Positions 1 to 10,325 of a DNA stretch of 64,000 nucleotides are shown piece by piece. Below the pieces are notes generated by a model that was not told the origin of the DNA, did no database searches, and saw only the letters and a program-made list of their open reading frames with translations. The position numbers were made by a program, and so were the translations under genes. The stretch is from Candidatus Kerfeldbacteria bacterium (GTDB lineage Bacteria > Patescibacteriota > Patescibacteriia > UBA9570 > XYC2-FULL-38-9): contig JACPGJ010000008.1 of the NCBI GenBank assembly GCA_016182555.1, positions 299,147-363,146 of the forward strand, read 5' to 3'. The number at the start of each line of letters is the position of its first letter. The first letter of the stretch is position 1.

Positions 1-1033
1 ACGAAGAACTCCCATAACTAATAAAGGGAAGCGGAATGCCTGTTAGCGGAAACACCGACAACATCGCTCCAATGTTCACAAAGGCTTGAAAACCAATCCA
101 CGTGGCAATGCCCACCGAAAGCAAACGGCCAAATTGATCCGGAGCGTTTTTGGCAATACGCAACGCTTGAAAAATAAATGCGAGAAAAAGGATAATGAGC
201 ATGACAGCAAAAATGAACCCCAATTCTTCGGCAATAACGGCAAAAATTGAATCCGTGGCCGCTTCCGGAAGATAATTATATTTCTGCCGTGAGTGGCCGA
301 GGCCCAGACCAAAAAAACCACCTGATCCAATCGCCAGCAATGCTTGGTTAATATGATACCCAATTCCCTGCGGGTCGAGCTCTGGATTTAAAAATACGGT
401 AATACGATCTGCTCGATACGGCGCAATTTTGACTAGTGCAAAAAATGAAGCAATACCACCAAGGAAAATATATCCTAAATGCTTCCACGGTGCGCCAGCG
501 ACAAAGTACACCACAATCGATATCACCGCAATCACCATAGTCGTGCCCAAATCTTTTTGTGCAATGGCAATAAGTAACACCAAAAAACCCAACATAGAAA
601 GGAAGGATAATAAGCCATAGGAAATATGCTCTACATCTTTTCCGCGTTTTTCCAGCCAGGCTGACAAGTAAATTAAAAAACTCAATTTCACTACTTCAGA
701 CGGTTGAAAGAAAAAACCACCAACATGAATCCAGCGTTTTGCGCCAAGGAGTTCTCTGCCAATGCCCGGGATAAACACTGCAAATAATAATACTAAAGAA
801 AAAACAGCAAGCGGAAATGCATTCTTGCGCCAATAATGATAATCAATTTTGCTCATCACATAAAATGCAATTCCACCCAAAAATAATCCATAAATAATTT
901 GATGCTTCAAATAATAGGCACTGTCATTTTTATCCAGATGCCCTTGAATAGAACTCGCCGAAGAGAGCATAATGAGCCCAAACACTAATAAGACACCCAC
1001 AATAATAAGTAGCTGACTATCAATCGCTTCCAT
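1..1033 (-). CDS. ftsW: SEDS-family peptidoglycan glycosyltransferase (FtsW/RodA-like), C-terminally truncated by window edge
   Basis: Manual reverse-complement translation from ATG at 1033: MEAIDSQLLIIVGVLLVFGLIMLSS... multi-TM; C-terminal end near position 1 reads ...FPLTGIPLPFISYGSS, the canonical SEDS motif. Not in ORF track because the frame runs off the window. Confidence 0.85.
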   Translation of the reverse strand, partial: MEAIDSQLLIIVGVLLVFGLIMLSSASSIQGHLDKNDSAYYLKHQIIYGLFLGGIAFYVMSKIDYHYWRKNAFPLAVFSLVLLFAVFIPGIGRELLGAKRWIHVGGFFFQPSEVVKLSFLIYLSAWLEKRGKDVEHISYGLLSFLSMLGFLVLLIAIAQKDLGTTMVIAVISIVVYFVAGAPWKHLGYIFLGGIASFFALVKIAPYRADRITVFLNPELDPQGIGYHINQALLAIGSGGFFGLGLGHSRQKYNYLPEAATDSIFAVIAEELGFIFAVMLIILFLAFIFQALRIAKNAPDQFGRLLSVGIATWIGFQAFVNIGAMLSVFPLTGIPLPFISYGSSS

Positions 1034-1344
1034 GCCACGAGCATATCGTTTCCGTACGCCTTTTTTCGGTGAAGAAGTTGAATGAATTGTACTACGCACT
1101 TGTCTGCGTGATGCACTATACGCCATAGGCACAGTATAACAAAAAATACCCATTTGCGCATACAGAAAGAGCATAGGAGAAGCACAAGCAGCTCACCATT
1201 TTTTACGTTTTTCTCAGAAAGGTAACGCCAACGTTGGTATACTGAGGAGGAGTCATATACCAGAGGCGTCACCTTCCTGAGTCTCATCTTGAGAAAGCCA
1301 TCCAGATGAGCGAAGTCAAAATTGACCCTTTTGTGTAAGGGAAG

Positions 1345-1372
1345 ATTATACGGGTTTTTGAAAAAGTGTCAA
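1345..1372 (-). promoter_or_regulatory. Consensus sigma70-type promoter (TTGACA-16nt-TATAAT) on minus strand, ~310 nt upstream of SEDS start
   Basis: Plus strand tgtcaa at 1367-1372 and attata at 1345-1350, i.e. minus-strand TTGACA ctttttcaaaaacccg TATAAT. Both hexamers are perfect consensus. Confidence 0.55.
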
Positions 1373-1428
1373 GCCATAAGAAAGTCCATCCGTGGATAAC
1401 TCTTTTTTTTGCGAACATTGGCACTATA

Positions 1429-3237
1429 TTAACGCTTGAGAATCGCAAGAAATGCTTCTTGTGGAATATCCACTTTTCCAATAGACTTCATTTTCTTTTT
1501 CCCTTTTTTCTGTTTTTCCAACAATTTTCGTTTCCGAGTCACGTCACCACCATACAATTTCGCGGTCACATCTTTGCGCATGGGAGCAATACGTTCACCG
1601 GCAATCACTTTACTCCCAATCGTCGCTTGAATTTTGACTTCAAACATTTGCCGTGGCAACACATCTTTTAACGTTTTCACTACTTTGCGACCGACCACCT
1701 GCGCTTCATCACGGTACACCATTGAAGCCAGTGGCCCCACTGATTCTTCGGCCACGACAATATCCATCCGCACAATATCTGCGGGATTGTATCCAAAAAA
1801 TTCATAATTCATCGACGCATAGCCCGAACTCACATTTTTCAATTTGTCATAAAAATCGACCACAATGCCAGCAAGTGGGATATGGTAATGTAAAATGGCT
1901 CTCCGTTCATCCAGGTACTCCACTTCTTGCGCGGTAGGCTTTCCTCGTTTTTCAATAACCAGTTGCATAATCGGACCAATATATTCTGTTGGCGTGACAA
2001 TATCCACAGACATGATTGGTTCTTCCATGTGGTCAATCTGCGTGACGTCTGGTAAATCAAGCGGTGAAGAGATGAGTTCTTCATGACCATCTGTTGTAAA
2101 AATTTTATATGCTACCGATGGAGTGGTGACAATAAGATCAATATCAAATTCACGGCGAATACGTTCGCTAATAATGTCCAGATGCAACATACCTAAAAAA
2201 CCACAACGAAAACCAAATCCCAGCGCCACAGAATTTTCTGTTTCATACACCAATGCAGCGTCATTGAGTTTTAACTTACCCATCGCATCGCGTAACAGCG
2301 GATATTTCGAACTATCTTTTGCATAAATGCCAGCATAGACCATGGGTTTCACAATTTTGTACCCAGGAAGTGCCTCTTGTGCACGCCGATTTTTTAGCGT
2401 CACGGTATCACCAACACGAGCATCTTCTACACCTTTAAAGCCAGTGACAATATACCCAATCTCACCAGCACTCACATGATTCTGTTTCTCGAGTTTGGGT
2501 CGAAAATATCCCACTTCTAAGGCTTCTGAACTCGTATCACGACCCATTAAATAAATGTGGTCACCGCGTTTCACCGAACCATCGATCATGCGGACATACG
2601 TAATCACCCCACGGTAATCATCAAAAACGGAATCAAAAATAAGTGCGCGCACCGGTGCTTGAATATCGCCGCTCGGTGCGGGAACGCGCTCCACAATGGC
2701 TTCCAGAATCGCTTGCACATTTTGCCCGGTTTTTGCCGAAACCGGAATAATCTCTTCTGGCGCACACCCAAGCAAAGAACACACTTCTTGAGTTACACGA
2801 GGAAGATCAGCAGCGGGAAGATCAATTTTATTGATCACCGGAATAATTGTCAGGTTTTGTTCAATAGCCAGGTAGAGATTGGCCAGTGTTTGCGCTTGAA
2901 TGCCCTGTGTCGCATCGACGACTAATAATGCCCCTTCGCACGCTTGAAGTGATCGAGAGACTTCATAGGTAAAATCCACGTGGCCTGGCGTATCAATAAG
3001 GTTTAAGGTATACGGCTGTCCGGCGCGTGTTGTGTATTGCATGCGTACTGGTTGCAGCTTGATGGTAATCCCCCGCTCGCGTTCCAAATCCATCTGGTCA
3101 AGCATTTGCTCCTGCATTTCTCGTTTTTCCACGGTGTGCGTCAATTCCAATAACCGATCGGCTAATGTGGACTTCCCATGATCAATATGGGCCAAAATGG
3201 CAAAATTTTTTATATTACTTTTTTTGTACTCTATCAT
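1429..3237 (-). CDS. lepA: Elongation factor 4 (LepA), translational GTPase
   Basis: N-term NFAILAHIDHGKSTLADRL G1 motif and GHVDFTYEVSRSL; 602 aa full-length LepA architecture including C-terminal LepA domain. Confidence 0.97.
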   Translation of the reverse strand: MIEYKKSNIKNFAILAHIDHGKSTLADRLLELTHTVEKREMQEQMLDQMDLERERGITIKLQPVRMQYTTRAGQPYTLNLIDTPGHVDFTYEVSRSLQACEGALLVVDATQGIQAQTLANLYLAIEQNLTIIPVINKIDLPAADLPRVTQEVCSLLGCAPEEIIPVSAKTGQNVQAILEAIVERVPAPSGDIQAPVRALIFDSVFDDYRGVITYVRMIDGSVKRGDHIYLMGRDTSSEALEVGYFRPKLEKQNHVSAGEIGYIVTGFKGVEDARVGDTVTLKNRRAQEALPGYKIVKPMVYAGIYAKDSSKYPLLRDAMGKLKLNDAALVYETENSVALGFGFRCGFLGMLHLDIISERIRREFDIDLIVTTPSVAYKIFTTDGHEELISSPLDLPDVTQIDHMEEPIMSVDIVTPTEYIGPIMQLVIEKRGKPTAQEVEYLDERRAILHYHIPLAGIVVDFYDKLKNVSSGYASMNYEFFGYNPADIVRMDIVVAEESVGPLASMVYRDEAQVVGRKVVKTLKDVLPRQMFEVKIQATIGSKVIAGERIAPMRKDVTAKLYGGDVTRKRKLLEKQKKGKKKMKSIGKVDIPQEAFLAILKR

Positions 3238-4018
3238 AAATATTCTGTATACAGCGGCTCATGTCCTCAACACGCTTCTTGTGCTTAAGGTGTGGCTTAA
3301 GAAGTGTAAATAATACAATTAATGATCTAACCTTGCTCACACGAATTCTCCACAAATCGTTATGATACTTCCACCCAGTTTTGGTATTATAGATTTGATT
3401 TTTTAATCCAATTTGTTGTGGAGGGGGACAAGAAATTCCATTTATTATAAACCATCTGTAGAACCAAAAGATAACATGTTTATCGTATGTGTCAATCTTC
3501 AAGCGCGCACGACCATCATAGATGCCAATATTTGCCTCTGCATCTATATAACCTGCCGCAAAAGCTGCAGAGCAGTTAGGATCACTCGTAATCCAACGAG
3601 CTACGCGATAGGTATTCTTCGGTAATAGAAAAGCGAACGTCTTATTCATATAGCAATTTACATGGTAAGATTTTGTACGTTTATTCATTGAAATAGTCAC
3701 TTGACCATATGGTTCAAATAATTGACGCATCAGATTGATTTGATCTTGTCTTGTCGTATGACATCGAACAATAATAACTTCTGAAGAATTCACCGTTTGA
3801 TAGACGTTTAAATCTCCTAGTCGAAAGCCAATTAAATAGGCTTTCTCATCACTGTCACCGAAAAAATTTTTTTTCTTATACGTACTTTGAATAATGGATC
3901 TGGAAAGCGATTGAAGACCATACTCTCGCATACGATTTGCTACCGTAGAAAAACTACATTGATAAAGATTGCCAATAGCATATTTAGATTTTTTCTCTCG
4001 GTAATGTAAACGAATCAA
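3215..4018 (-). CDS. Free-standing LAGLIDADG-type homing endonuclease-like protein with N-terminal HTH
   Basis: Two LAGLIDADG-like motifs (KAYLIGFRLGDLNV and AAFAAGYIDAEANIGIY), N-terminal HTH-like AIGNLYQCSFSTVANRMREYGL. Local GC ~33% versus markedly higher in flanking lepA. Overlaps lepA start by 23 nt. Confidence 0.6.
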   Translation of the reverse strand: MIRLHYREKKSKYAIGNLYQCSFSTVANRMREYGLQSLSRSIIQSTYKKKNFFGDSDEKAYLIGFRLGDLNVYQTVNSSEVIIVRCHTTRQDQINLMRQLFEPYGQVTISMNKRTKSYHVNCYMNKTFAFLLPKNTYRVARWITSDPNCSAAFAAGYIDAEANIGIYDGRARLKIDTYDKHVIFWFYRWFIINGISCPPPQQIGLKNQIYNTKTGWKYHNDLWRIRVSKVRSLIVLFTLLKPHLKHKKRVEDMSRCIQNIYDRVQKK

Positions 4019-4058
4019 TTCATCTTTTGGTATCTTTATTGTAAGATTGAAAAAACTC

Positions 4059-5648
4059 TTACCAATATCTTTTCAGGAGAGACCACATTCCAACAATCTT
4101 TGTTTTTACCGCTTCCGCTTCATCAAAATGAAATTGTGTTGCGATAAATAAATACATCATTCCACCGCCAATCAAACTCCCCATGGTTTGCAGAAAAATA
4201 CCCACGAAGGTGTGCATATCCACCGCAGGGGCAATCACATATTTCAACCCTTGAATAATGCAGCCCATGCCTAAAGAAGAAATAATAATTTTCCACGTCG
4301 ATGAAATAATATGATTATCTTCTAAATCGCCATGCCGTGCGCGCAAGGTCACCAGCAAGGTGAGCATTTCAATAATTTCTGCAATGGAAAACGCCAACGC
4401 TAAACCAATAATGCCCCACAGGTGTGCAAACCACCAACCAAGCACCAAGTTCACCACCACCGAACCCAGACTAATGACGACGGGCGTCATGGTATCTTGT
4501 CGCGCAAAAAATGCTCGTGCTAACAACGGGATAAGGCTTTGCGCAAACATGGATAACGCAAACATGCCAAGGGTTTGAGCAGTCAACTTCGTGGCTGTCC
4601 AATCAAATACACCAGCGCCGTACACTAAACGCACAATTTGCGCACGCAATAATAATGTGGCAATAGAAATAGGAATAATAAAAAAGAGAATGCGCCGGAA
4701 ATTTTCCGAAAAAATTTGCTTAAAGCGATGAATATTGTTTTCCGCAAATGCTTCAGAAAACAGTGGAAAAACAGCCAGAGACAACGACACACCAAAAATA
4801 TTGATGGGAAAATGTTGTAAATTATCGGCATATTGCCACACGGATTTCGCACCATCACTGAGTGTAGAAGCGATAATAAAAATAATAAACAAATTCACCT
4901 GAGTGAGCCCAAGCGCAAATGAACGCGAAGGCATGAGCATGAGAATACGCCGCACTCCCGGGTGACGGAGCGAGAGATGCGGACGAAAACGAAAACCGGT
5001 TTTCATTGCGGCCGGAAGCTGCACCAAAAAATGTAATGCCGCACCAAACACCACGCCCCACGGCAACCCGGTGACACCAATGATTGGATACAACACCAAA
5101 ATACCGATGATAATCCCAACATTATACATAATGGGCGCCATCGCATAGACAAAAAAACGTTTATTCGCGTGTAACACACCAGCCAACACATTACTCATGC
5201 CAAAAAAAATCATCGAAAGCAACATGATACGGGTAAAGTGAGTAATCAATACACGCTCTTCACCAGAATCACCATAACCGAGAATATGCACAATGCTCGG
5301 CGCAAAGATAAAACAAATTGCCGCCAATACCACCAACGAAAAAGTGAGAATATTGAGTACATCATTAGCAATATCCATCGCTGCTCGTTCTCCATCTTTT
5401 TTTCGGTATTCAATAAAAATAGGAACAAAAGAAGCAGACAACGCGCCAAGAACAAGAATATTATAAATAAAATCTGGAATACGGAACGCACTAAAATAAC
5501 TATCAGAGATATGCCCAATGCCAAAATGGCTAGAGATCAAACGGTCACGGAAGAGGCCGAGAAAACGGCTGGTAACCGAAGCCGCGCCCAGAATGAGCGC
5601 GCTACCGATAACGGTTTGCTGGAGTCGTTCAATCAATTGTTTTCCCAT
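4059..5648 (-). CDS. murJ: Lipid II flippase MurJ (MviN family)
   Basis: 529 aa, ~14 TM; N-term LGLFRDRLISSHFGIGHISDSYFSAFRIPDFIYNILVLGALSASFVPIF matches MurJ signature. Confidence 0.9.
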   Translation of the reverse strand: MGKQLIERLQQTVIGSALILGAASVTSRFLGLFRDRLISSHFGIGHISDSYFSAFRIPDFIYNILVLGALSASFVPIFIEYRKKDGERAAMDIANDVLNILTFSLVVLAAICFIFAPSIVHILGYGDSGEERVLITHFTRIMLLSMIFFGMSNVLAGVLHANKRFFVYAMAPIMYNVGIIIGILVLYPIIGVTGLPWGVVFGAALHFLVQLPAAMKTGFRFRPHLSLRHPGVRRILMLMPSRSFALGLTQVNLFIIFIIASTLSDGAKSVWQYADNLQHFPINIFGVSLSLAVFPLFSEAFAENNIHRFKQIFSENFRRILFFIIPISIATLLLRAQIVRLVYGAGVFDWTATKLTAQTLGMFALSMFAQSLIPLLARAFFARQDTMTPVVISLGSVVVNLVLGWWFAHLWGIIGLALAFSIAEIIEMLTLLVTLRARHGDLEDNHIISSTWKIIISSLGMGCIIQGLKYVIAPAVDMHTFVGIFLQTMGSLIGGGMMYLFIATQFHFDEAEAVKTKIVGMWSLLKRYW

Positions 5649-5659
5649 ACCGTGTAACG

Positions 5660-8044
5660 TTAGTGCGAACGTTCAAGAATAACTCCAGTAAACAAATCTT
5701 CCTCAAGGAGTGTAGTGTTCTTCCCAGTGTAATCCTCTGGATACGACCGGTCAATGCGCATATCATCAGGCAAGTTCAGTGTACTGCTGAAGAGCATATT
5801 GATACCGGGCTGTTTTTGCACCAGTAATGAATATTGATCGGTATGGTGCCAGAAACGACCGAGAGAAATCGAAAATGGTAGTGTGTATTGAATGACAACT
5901 GTTGAACTATCATTGAGCGGTGTTTGCATCCAGCCCGCAACAACATCTTTATCAAATTCTGTATTCGTGTACACTCCGGTAAGCGGATTGAGGGAAATAT
6001 CGCCAGAAACGGCTAACAAATCTTTATCAAGGACCGCATCCGAGTCTGGCGTGAGGAATAATTTGGAATCTGGTGTTTCAAAACCGGTGGCGGAAATGAG
6101 CGTACTGCCTTTTGGAATATAGAACCGAACAAAGGAGATATGGTTCGTATTCTCAAACGGATCTGTTTCCGAACCTTTGTGCACTGCCGTGAGAGTGACG
6201 GTATTGGTGATCTTTCCACTCTCGTTCACCACGGTATCAAGATGAGCACTATGTTCAACGACTTGGCTTGTTTTTCCACCACCAATATTGGCGACATTGA
6301 TATGCAAGTAATCACGGTCAGTAGACATCAACTCTCCGCTCCAATTTCGCTGCGAAAATAATTGCTCGATTTCCGAATCATTTACCCATACCAAAATATC
6401 TTTTTGATTGAGTGCGGTTTGAAAAACACGCAACATATTCATCATCTGTTTTGGATCTTGCGCAGCAGCAAACACTTTTTCAAATAATGCCGGCGTCATA
6501 TCGGCGATAATGCGTTTCGATTCTCGTGTTTCGTCAAATTTTTTCTCTGCCTCGGTTTGAACAATTGAATAAAAATTTTCTGCGGTAATGATCTGCCCAT
6601 AATCAGTGGTCATGTCAATCGGGCCAGTCAAGGCAAGTAATTTTTCAACAACCGTTGGCGTTAAAGAAATAACACCATCAACCGACACCGGGTCATTGGT
6701 ATGTTCCAAAAACCATTCTACTTTTTGTGCACTGGTTGGATAATGCGGAAACCACAATGCATCTTGAATATTCCACAGCGGGTTTACCACATGTAACGGC
6801 TCCGGAGAGATCAATTTTTCCTGCAGCTGACCAGCGACATCATAAATACCACCGCCAGGAATTTCCGCTTGCGTGACTACGCCTTTTGAAATATCAAAAA
6901 TACCAAAGCTGCCAGGGAAACCGCCACCGGTTGGACGCAGTTCATGGTTGTTGGCAAACAGCACCAGATACCGCTTCGATTCATCATTCCCCAAAAAAGA
7001 TAATAATAACTCATTGGCGGCGAGTGCATCTTGGAGTTGTTGTTCGGCCCGGGGAAGAAACTGTTGAGCAGCAGCCACGAGTGCACGCTTATCTTCTGGT
7101 ACTGCTTTGAGGGAAACACGCCCTAATGCAGTATTGGCTTCCTGAATACCATCAAGCGCTGGAGAAAAACCAGAATGCGCCGCAACGAGAATGCTGGTGA
7201 GTCCAGTATTTGTATCTGACAATTGTGTTTTCCAATCTGCCGTACTCAACAAGTCGAGCGTTTTGGCAATTTGCGCACCGCTATTCGAGAGTGCTTGGGC
7301 TGCAACAATCAAATGCTGCCCGCTTGCAAATTTTTGGCCTGGCCCAGGAAGATATGGAGCAATAGTACGCGCGACAACATTGATATCATCAATACGCGTG
7401 CGTATATCACTCAGTTGCGTATGCGCAGTATCAAATTCTTTCTGTGCATCAATAAAATTCAATTCTTTCATATCTTGTGCCGCTGTTTGCAAATGGGTAA
7501 ATGCTTCTTGAGCTGATTGACTCAATTGATTTTGCATACGTTCGGCGTGGGCAAGCATAGCAAATGCACCAGCTGGGAGAATACAGAGCAGTGCTAAAAA
7601 CAAAAAAACGACTAAGGGTTTACCCACCGCACTAAACGACAGACCAAGTAACGGTAATTCACTCGCACGAAGGCGGTTTAATTCGGCATCTTCCAGTGGT
7701 CGTTCAAAAAAGCGACGCCGCTTACGGGGTGTTTTTTTCTTTTTTGTTCGAGGAGAAACGGTAGGTGAAATCGTTGTTTCTTTTTTCTCTTTTTTTGGTA
7801 CCTGCGTACGAACGCGACGTTCAGGCGAAGCTGTGCGTGTACCCTGCACACGTGGTGCGTGGCGGCGATGTTGAGATTGTGCCGCTTCTCGCTTTGCAAC
7901 CAAGCTGCGTAAATCAAGAATATTATCTTTTGGCACGGTTCCATCCATATGCTTGCGCGGAGTCAACCGTTGTTTTCCATTCTGCGCAATATGAATATTC
8001 TCAATGTGTTCTTTTTTTGATTTTTTATTTGTCATGGATAGCAT
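5660..8044 (-). CDS. DUF4012-like membrane-anchored envelope protein with highly basic N-terminal tail
   Basis: Basic K/R-rich cytoplasmic N-term, single TM (VVFLFLALLCILPAGAFA), large extracytoplasmic domain with NNHELRPTGGGFPGSFGIFDISKG motif reminiscent of DUF4012. Sits between murJ and a GT4 glycosyltransferase. Confidence 0.5.
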   Translation of the reverse strand: MLSMTNKKSKKEHIENIHIAQNGKQRLTPRKHMDGTVPKDNILDLRSLVAKREAAQSQHRRHAPRVQGTRTASPERRVRTQVPKKEKKETTISPTVSPRTKKKKTPRKRRRFFERPLEDAELNRLRASELPLLGLSFSAVGKPLVVFLFLALLCILPAGAFAMLAHAERMQNQLSQSAQEAFTHLQTAAQDMKELNFIDAQKEFDTAHTQLSDIRTRIDDINVVARTIAPYLPGPGQKFASGQHLIVAAQALSNSGAQIAKTLDLLSTADWKTQLSDTNTGLTSILVAAHSGFSPALDGIQEANTALGRVSLKAVPEDKRALVAAAQQFLPRAEQQLQDALAANELLLSFLGNDESKRYLVLFANNHELRPTGGGFPGSFGIFDISKGVVTQAEIPGGGIYDVAGQLQEKLISPEPLHVVNPLWNIQDALWFPHYPTSAQKVEWFLEHTNDPVSVDGVISLTPTVVEKLLALTGPIDMTTDYGQIITAENFYSIVQTEAEKKFDETRESKRIIADMTPALFEKVFAAAQDPKQMMNMLRVFQTALNQKDILVWVNDSEIEQLFSQRNWSGELMSTDRDYLHINVANIGGGKTSQVVEHSAHLDTVVNESGKITNTVTLTAVHKGSETDPFENTNHISFVRFYIPKGSTLISATGFETPDSKLFLTPDSDAVLDKDLLAVSGDISLNPLTGVYTNTEFDKDVVAGWMQTPLNDSSTVVIQYTLPFSISLGRFWHHTDQYSLLVQKQPGINMLFSSTLNLPDDMRIDRSYPEDYTGKNTTLLEEDLFTGVILERSH

Positions 8045-9176
8045 CCTGATAAATCTGCCAGGTACGTTGCATCATTGTTTTCCAAGAATATTGCCGTAAC
8101 TGTGTTGTACTGGCCTGAATCAAATGAGCGCGAAGATGTTCATCGTTCATGATTCTTTCAACAGCATTGATTATACCAGAAATATCATTCGGATCAAAGT
8201 AGAGTGCGGCATCACCAAGAATCTCCGGTAAACAGGATGACCGAGCAGCCAAGACTGGTGTTCCATAGCTCATCGCTTCGAGTGCTGGCAACCCAAACCC
8301 TTCATAATGAGAGGGAAAAATATAGGCCTGAGCGTTAGTATACAGTGCTGGCAATTCATCGTCAGGAACAAAATCGGTGAAGACAATGTACTCATCTATA
8401 TTTTTCGCTCTCGCTTCCGCTTTCAAACGCTTATAAAAATAATCTTCTCGACCCACAAGCACGATATGCCATAGTGGTGGAGTGCCGCGTTTTTTCAATT
8501 CTGCCAACAGGTCAATAACCACTTCCAAATTTTTATGTGGGTAGACATTGCCTACATATAAAAGATAGGGTTTGCTAATATCATATTTTTCTAATACCTT
8601 CGTTATTTCGGCCGCAGTCAAGTGTGCACTCACTGGTTCAGCGGCTTCGTAAGTGACCTGAATTTTTTCTGCAGGCAAATGATAATAACTCATGATATCT
8701 TGCTTGGAAAATTCTGAAACCGTGAGAATATGACGCGCTTGCTTTACCGCATGACGCATCACCAACTTTCCAGCAAGGTGTTTAATGGTATAGAGCAGAG
8801 GCCCTAAGGTCGTTGCACGTTCAGTGGGAAAATGAAGAATAATTAAATCATGCACCGTGACAATAAATGGTCGTAACCAACCATACAGGAGTGGAACATT
8901 GAAATGCGGAAAATGCATTAAGTCAACGTTTGCCGCACGAATTTTCAATGGCATGAGAAGTTGCTCGCGGAAGGTATACCAACGGTATGGCGCCAACACG
9001 GGAGTAAAATTGTTGTTTGGAATATTCCAAGCGTTGAAACCATCTTGCTGCAAAAAAACAACATACTCATTGGTGTGATCATACGCAGCGAGGTGTTCAA
9101 TCAATTTCTGAGTGTATCGACCGAGCCCTTTGGATTGTTCGCCGCCATAAAAACGTGCATCAATACCTATTCTCAT
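8025..9176 (-). CDS. Glycosyltransferase family 4 (GT-B, RfaG-like)
   Basis: C-terminal EGFGLPALEAMSYGTPVLAARSSCLPEILGDAALYFDP motif (E-x7-E GT4 signature). Confidence 0.85.
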   Translation of the reverse strand: MRIGIDARFYGGEQSKGLGRYTQKLIEHLAAYDHTNEYVVFLQQDGFNAWNIPNNNFTPVLAPYRWYTFREQLLMPLKIRAANVDLMHFPHFNVPLLYGWLRPFIVTVHDLIILHFPTERATTLGPLLYTIKHLAGKLVMRHAVKQARHILTVSEFSKQDIMSYYHLPAEKIQVTYEAAEPVSAHLTAAEITKVLEKYDISKPYLLYVGNVYPHKNLEVVIDLLAELKKRGTPPLWHIVLVGREDYFYKRLKAEARAKNIDEYIVFTDFVPDDELPALYTNAQAYIFPSHYEGFGLPALEAMSYGTPVLAARSSCLPEILGDAALYFDPNDISGIINAVERIMNDEHLRAHLIQASTTQLRQYSWKTMMQRTWQIYQDAIHDK

Positions 9177-10324
9177 ATATGTGTTATTGTATCACGAATT
9201 TCCTTCATCAACTGCAAATAAAATGTGAGGTTATGAATCGTTGCCAAACGTGCGGCGAGTGGTTCATTCACGGAAAATAAATGCCGAATATACGCACGTG
9301 AAAATCCAGATGTACAGGTAGAACATAAACAAGCACGGTCGATTGGATTAAAATCTTTACTATATTTATCAGATTTTATGTTGATTCGTTCATACTGAAC
9401 CTCTGAAAGATCATTGGCAACAATGGACTCATGACCGATGCGATGAACAAACAGCGATCCATGTCGTGCATTCCGGGTCGGCAACACACAATCAAACATA
9501 TCCACTCCCCGCTTCACCGCTTCTAAAATCTGCTCCGGAAACCCAACGCCCATTAAATAGCGCGGCCGATCGCTTGGAATATGCGGAACCGTAGACTCCA
9601 AAACACGGTACATCTCTTCAGCCGGTTCCCCTACAGCCAACCCACCAATCGCATATCCATCAAAATCAAGCGCGACCAACTCTTTGGCACTCTGCTCGCG
9701 TAACTTCGCTATTGTCGAACCCTGAACAATGCCAAATAATTTTTGCGTGGTTGCACCCTGCCCTTCACGATAGCTATCCACCCATGCGCGGCATCGTTTC
9801 GCCCACCGTGTAGTGAGTTGCACTGAATGTTCAACATCTTCAGGCGCGGCAGGATATCCAGGAAAATAATCGAATGCCATCCAGATATCCGCTCCAATGA
9901 CAGATTGAATTTCCATCGAAAATTCTGGCGAAATATGATGCATACTCCCATCAATATGAGAACGGAAATTCACCCCCTCTTCGGTGATGGTTCGCAAATG
10001 TGATAAAGAAAAAATTTGAAAACCACCAGAATCTGTGAGCATTGCTCCACCGGCAGGCCAATGCATAAACGGCGCAACTCCACCTGCTTGACGTAACAAC
10101 GCCAAGCCCGGCTTCAAATATAAATGATAGGTATTACTGAGTACAATCGGCGTGGTTTCATTATCAATATCACGCTCCAGCGAAAATAATTCGGGAGCAG
10201 ACAACGTTTTGACTGCACCCTTTGTAGCGATCGGCATAAAAAAAGGCGTACGCAGCGTACCGTGAACGGTCTGCAGCTCACCGTAGCGAGCACCAGAGGA
10301 ATGCGTGCGGATCAGCCTAAACAT
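9173..10324 (-). CDS. tgt: Queuine tRNA-ribosyltransferase (tRNA-guanine transglycosylase)
   Basis: LPTRNARHGSLF and zinc site CLCSTCTSGFSRAYIRHL; 383 aa. Confidence 0.92.
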   Translation of the reverse strand: MFRLIRTHSSGARYGELQTVHGTLRTPFFMPIATKGAVKTLSAPELFSLERDIDNETTPIVLSNTYHLYLKPGLALLRQAGGVAPFMHWPAGGAMLTDSGGFQIFSLSHLRTITEEGVNFRSHIDGSMHHISPEFSMEIQSVIGADIWMAFDYFPGYPAAPEDVEHSVQLTTRWAKRCRAWVDSYREGQGATTQKLFGIVQGSTIAKLREQSAKELVALDFDGYAIGGLAVGEPAEEMYRVLESTVPHIPSDRPRYLMGVGFPEQILEAVKRGVDMFDCVLPTRNARHGSLFVHRIGHESIVANDLSEVQYERINIKSDKYSKDFNPIDRACLCSTCTSGFSRAYIRHLFSVNEPLAARLATIHNLTFYLQLMKEIRDTITHI

Positions 10325-10325
10325 A

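Noticed and set aside
1366-1671. 101-aa plus-strand ORF spanning the lepA 3' end and a gaaagtccatccgtgg stretch that superficially recalls the RNase P RNA P4 region
   Set aside because: The ORF overlaps lepA antisense. The RNase P-like match is only ~8 nt and lacks the rest of the conserved core, so no RNA gene is called.
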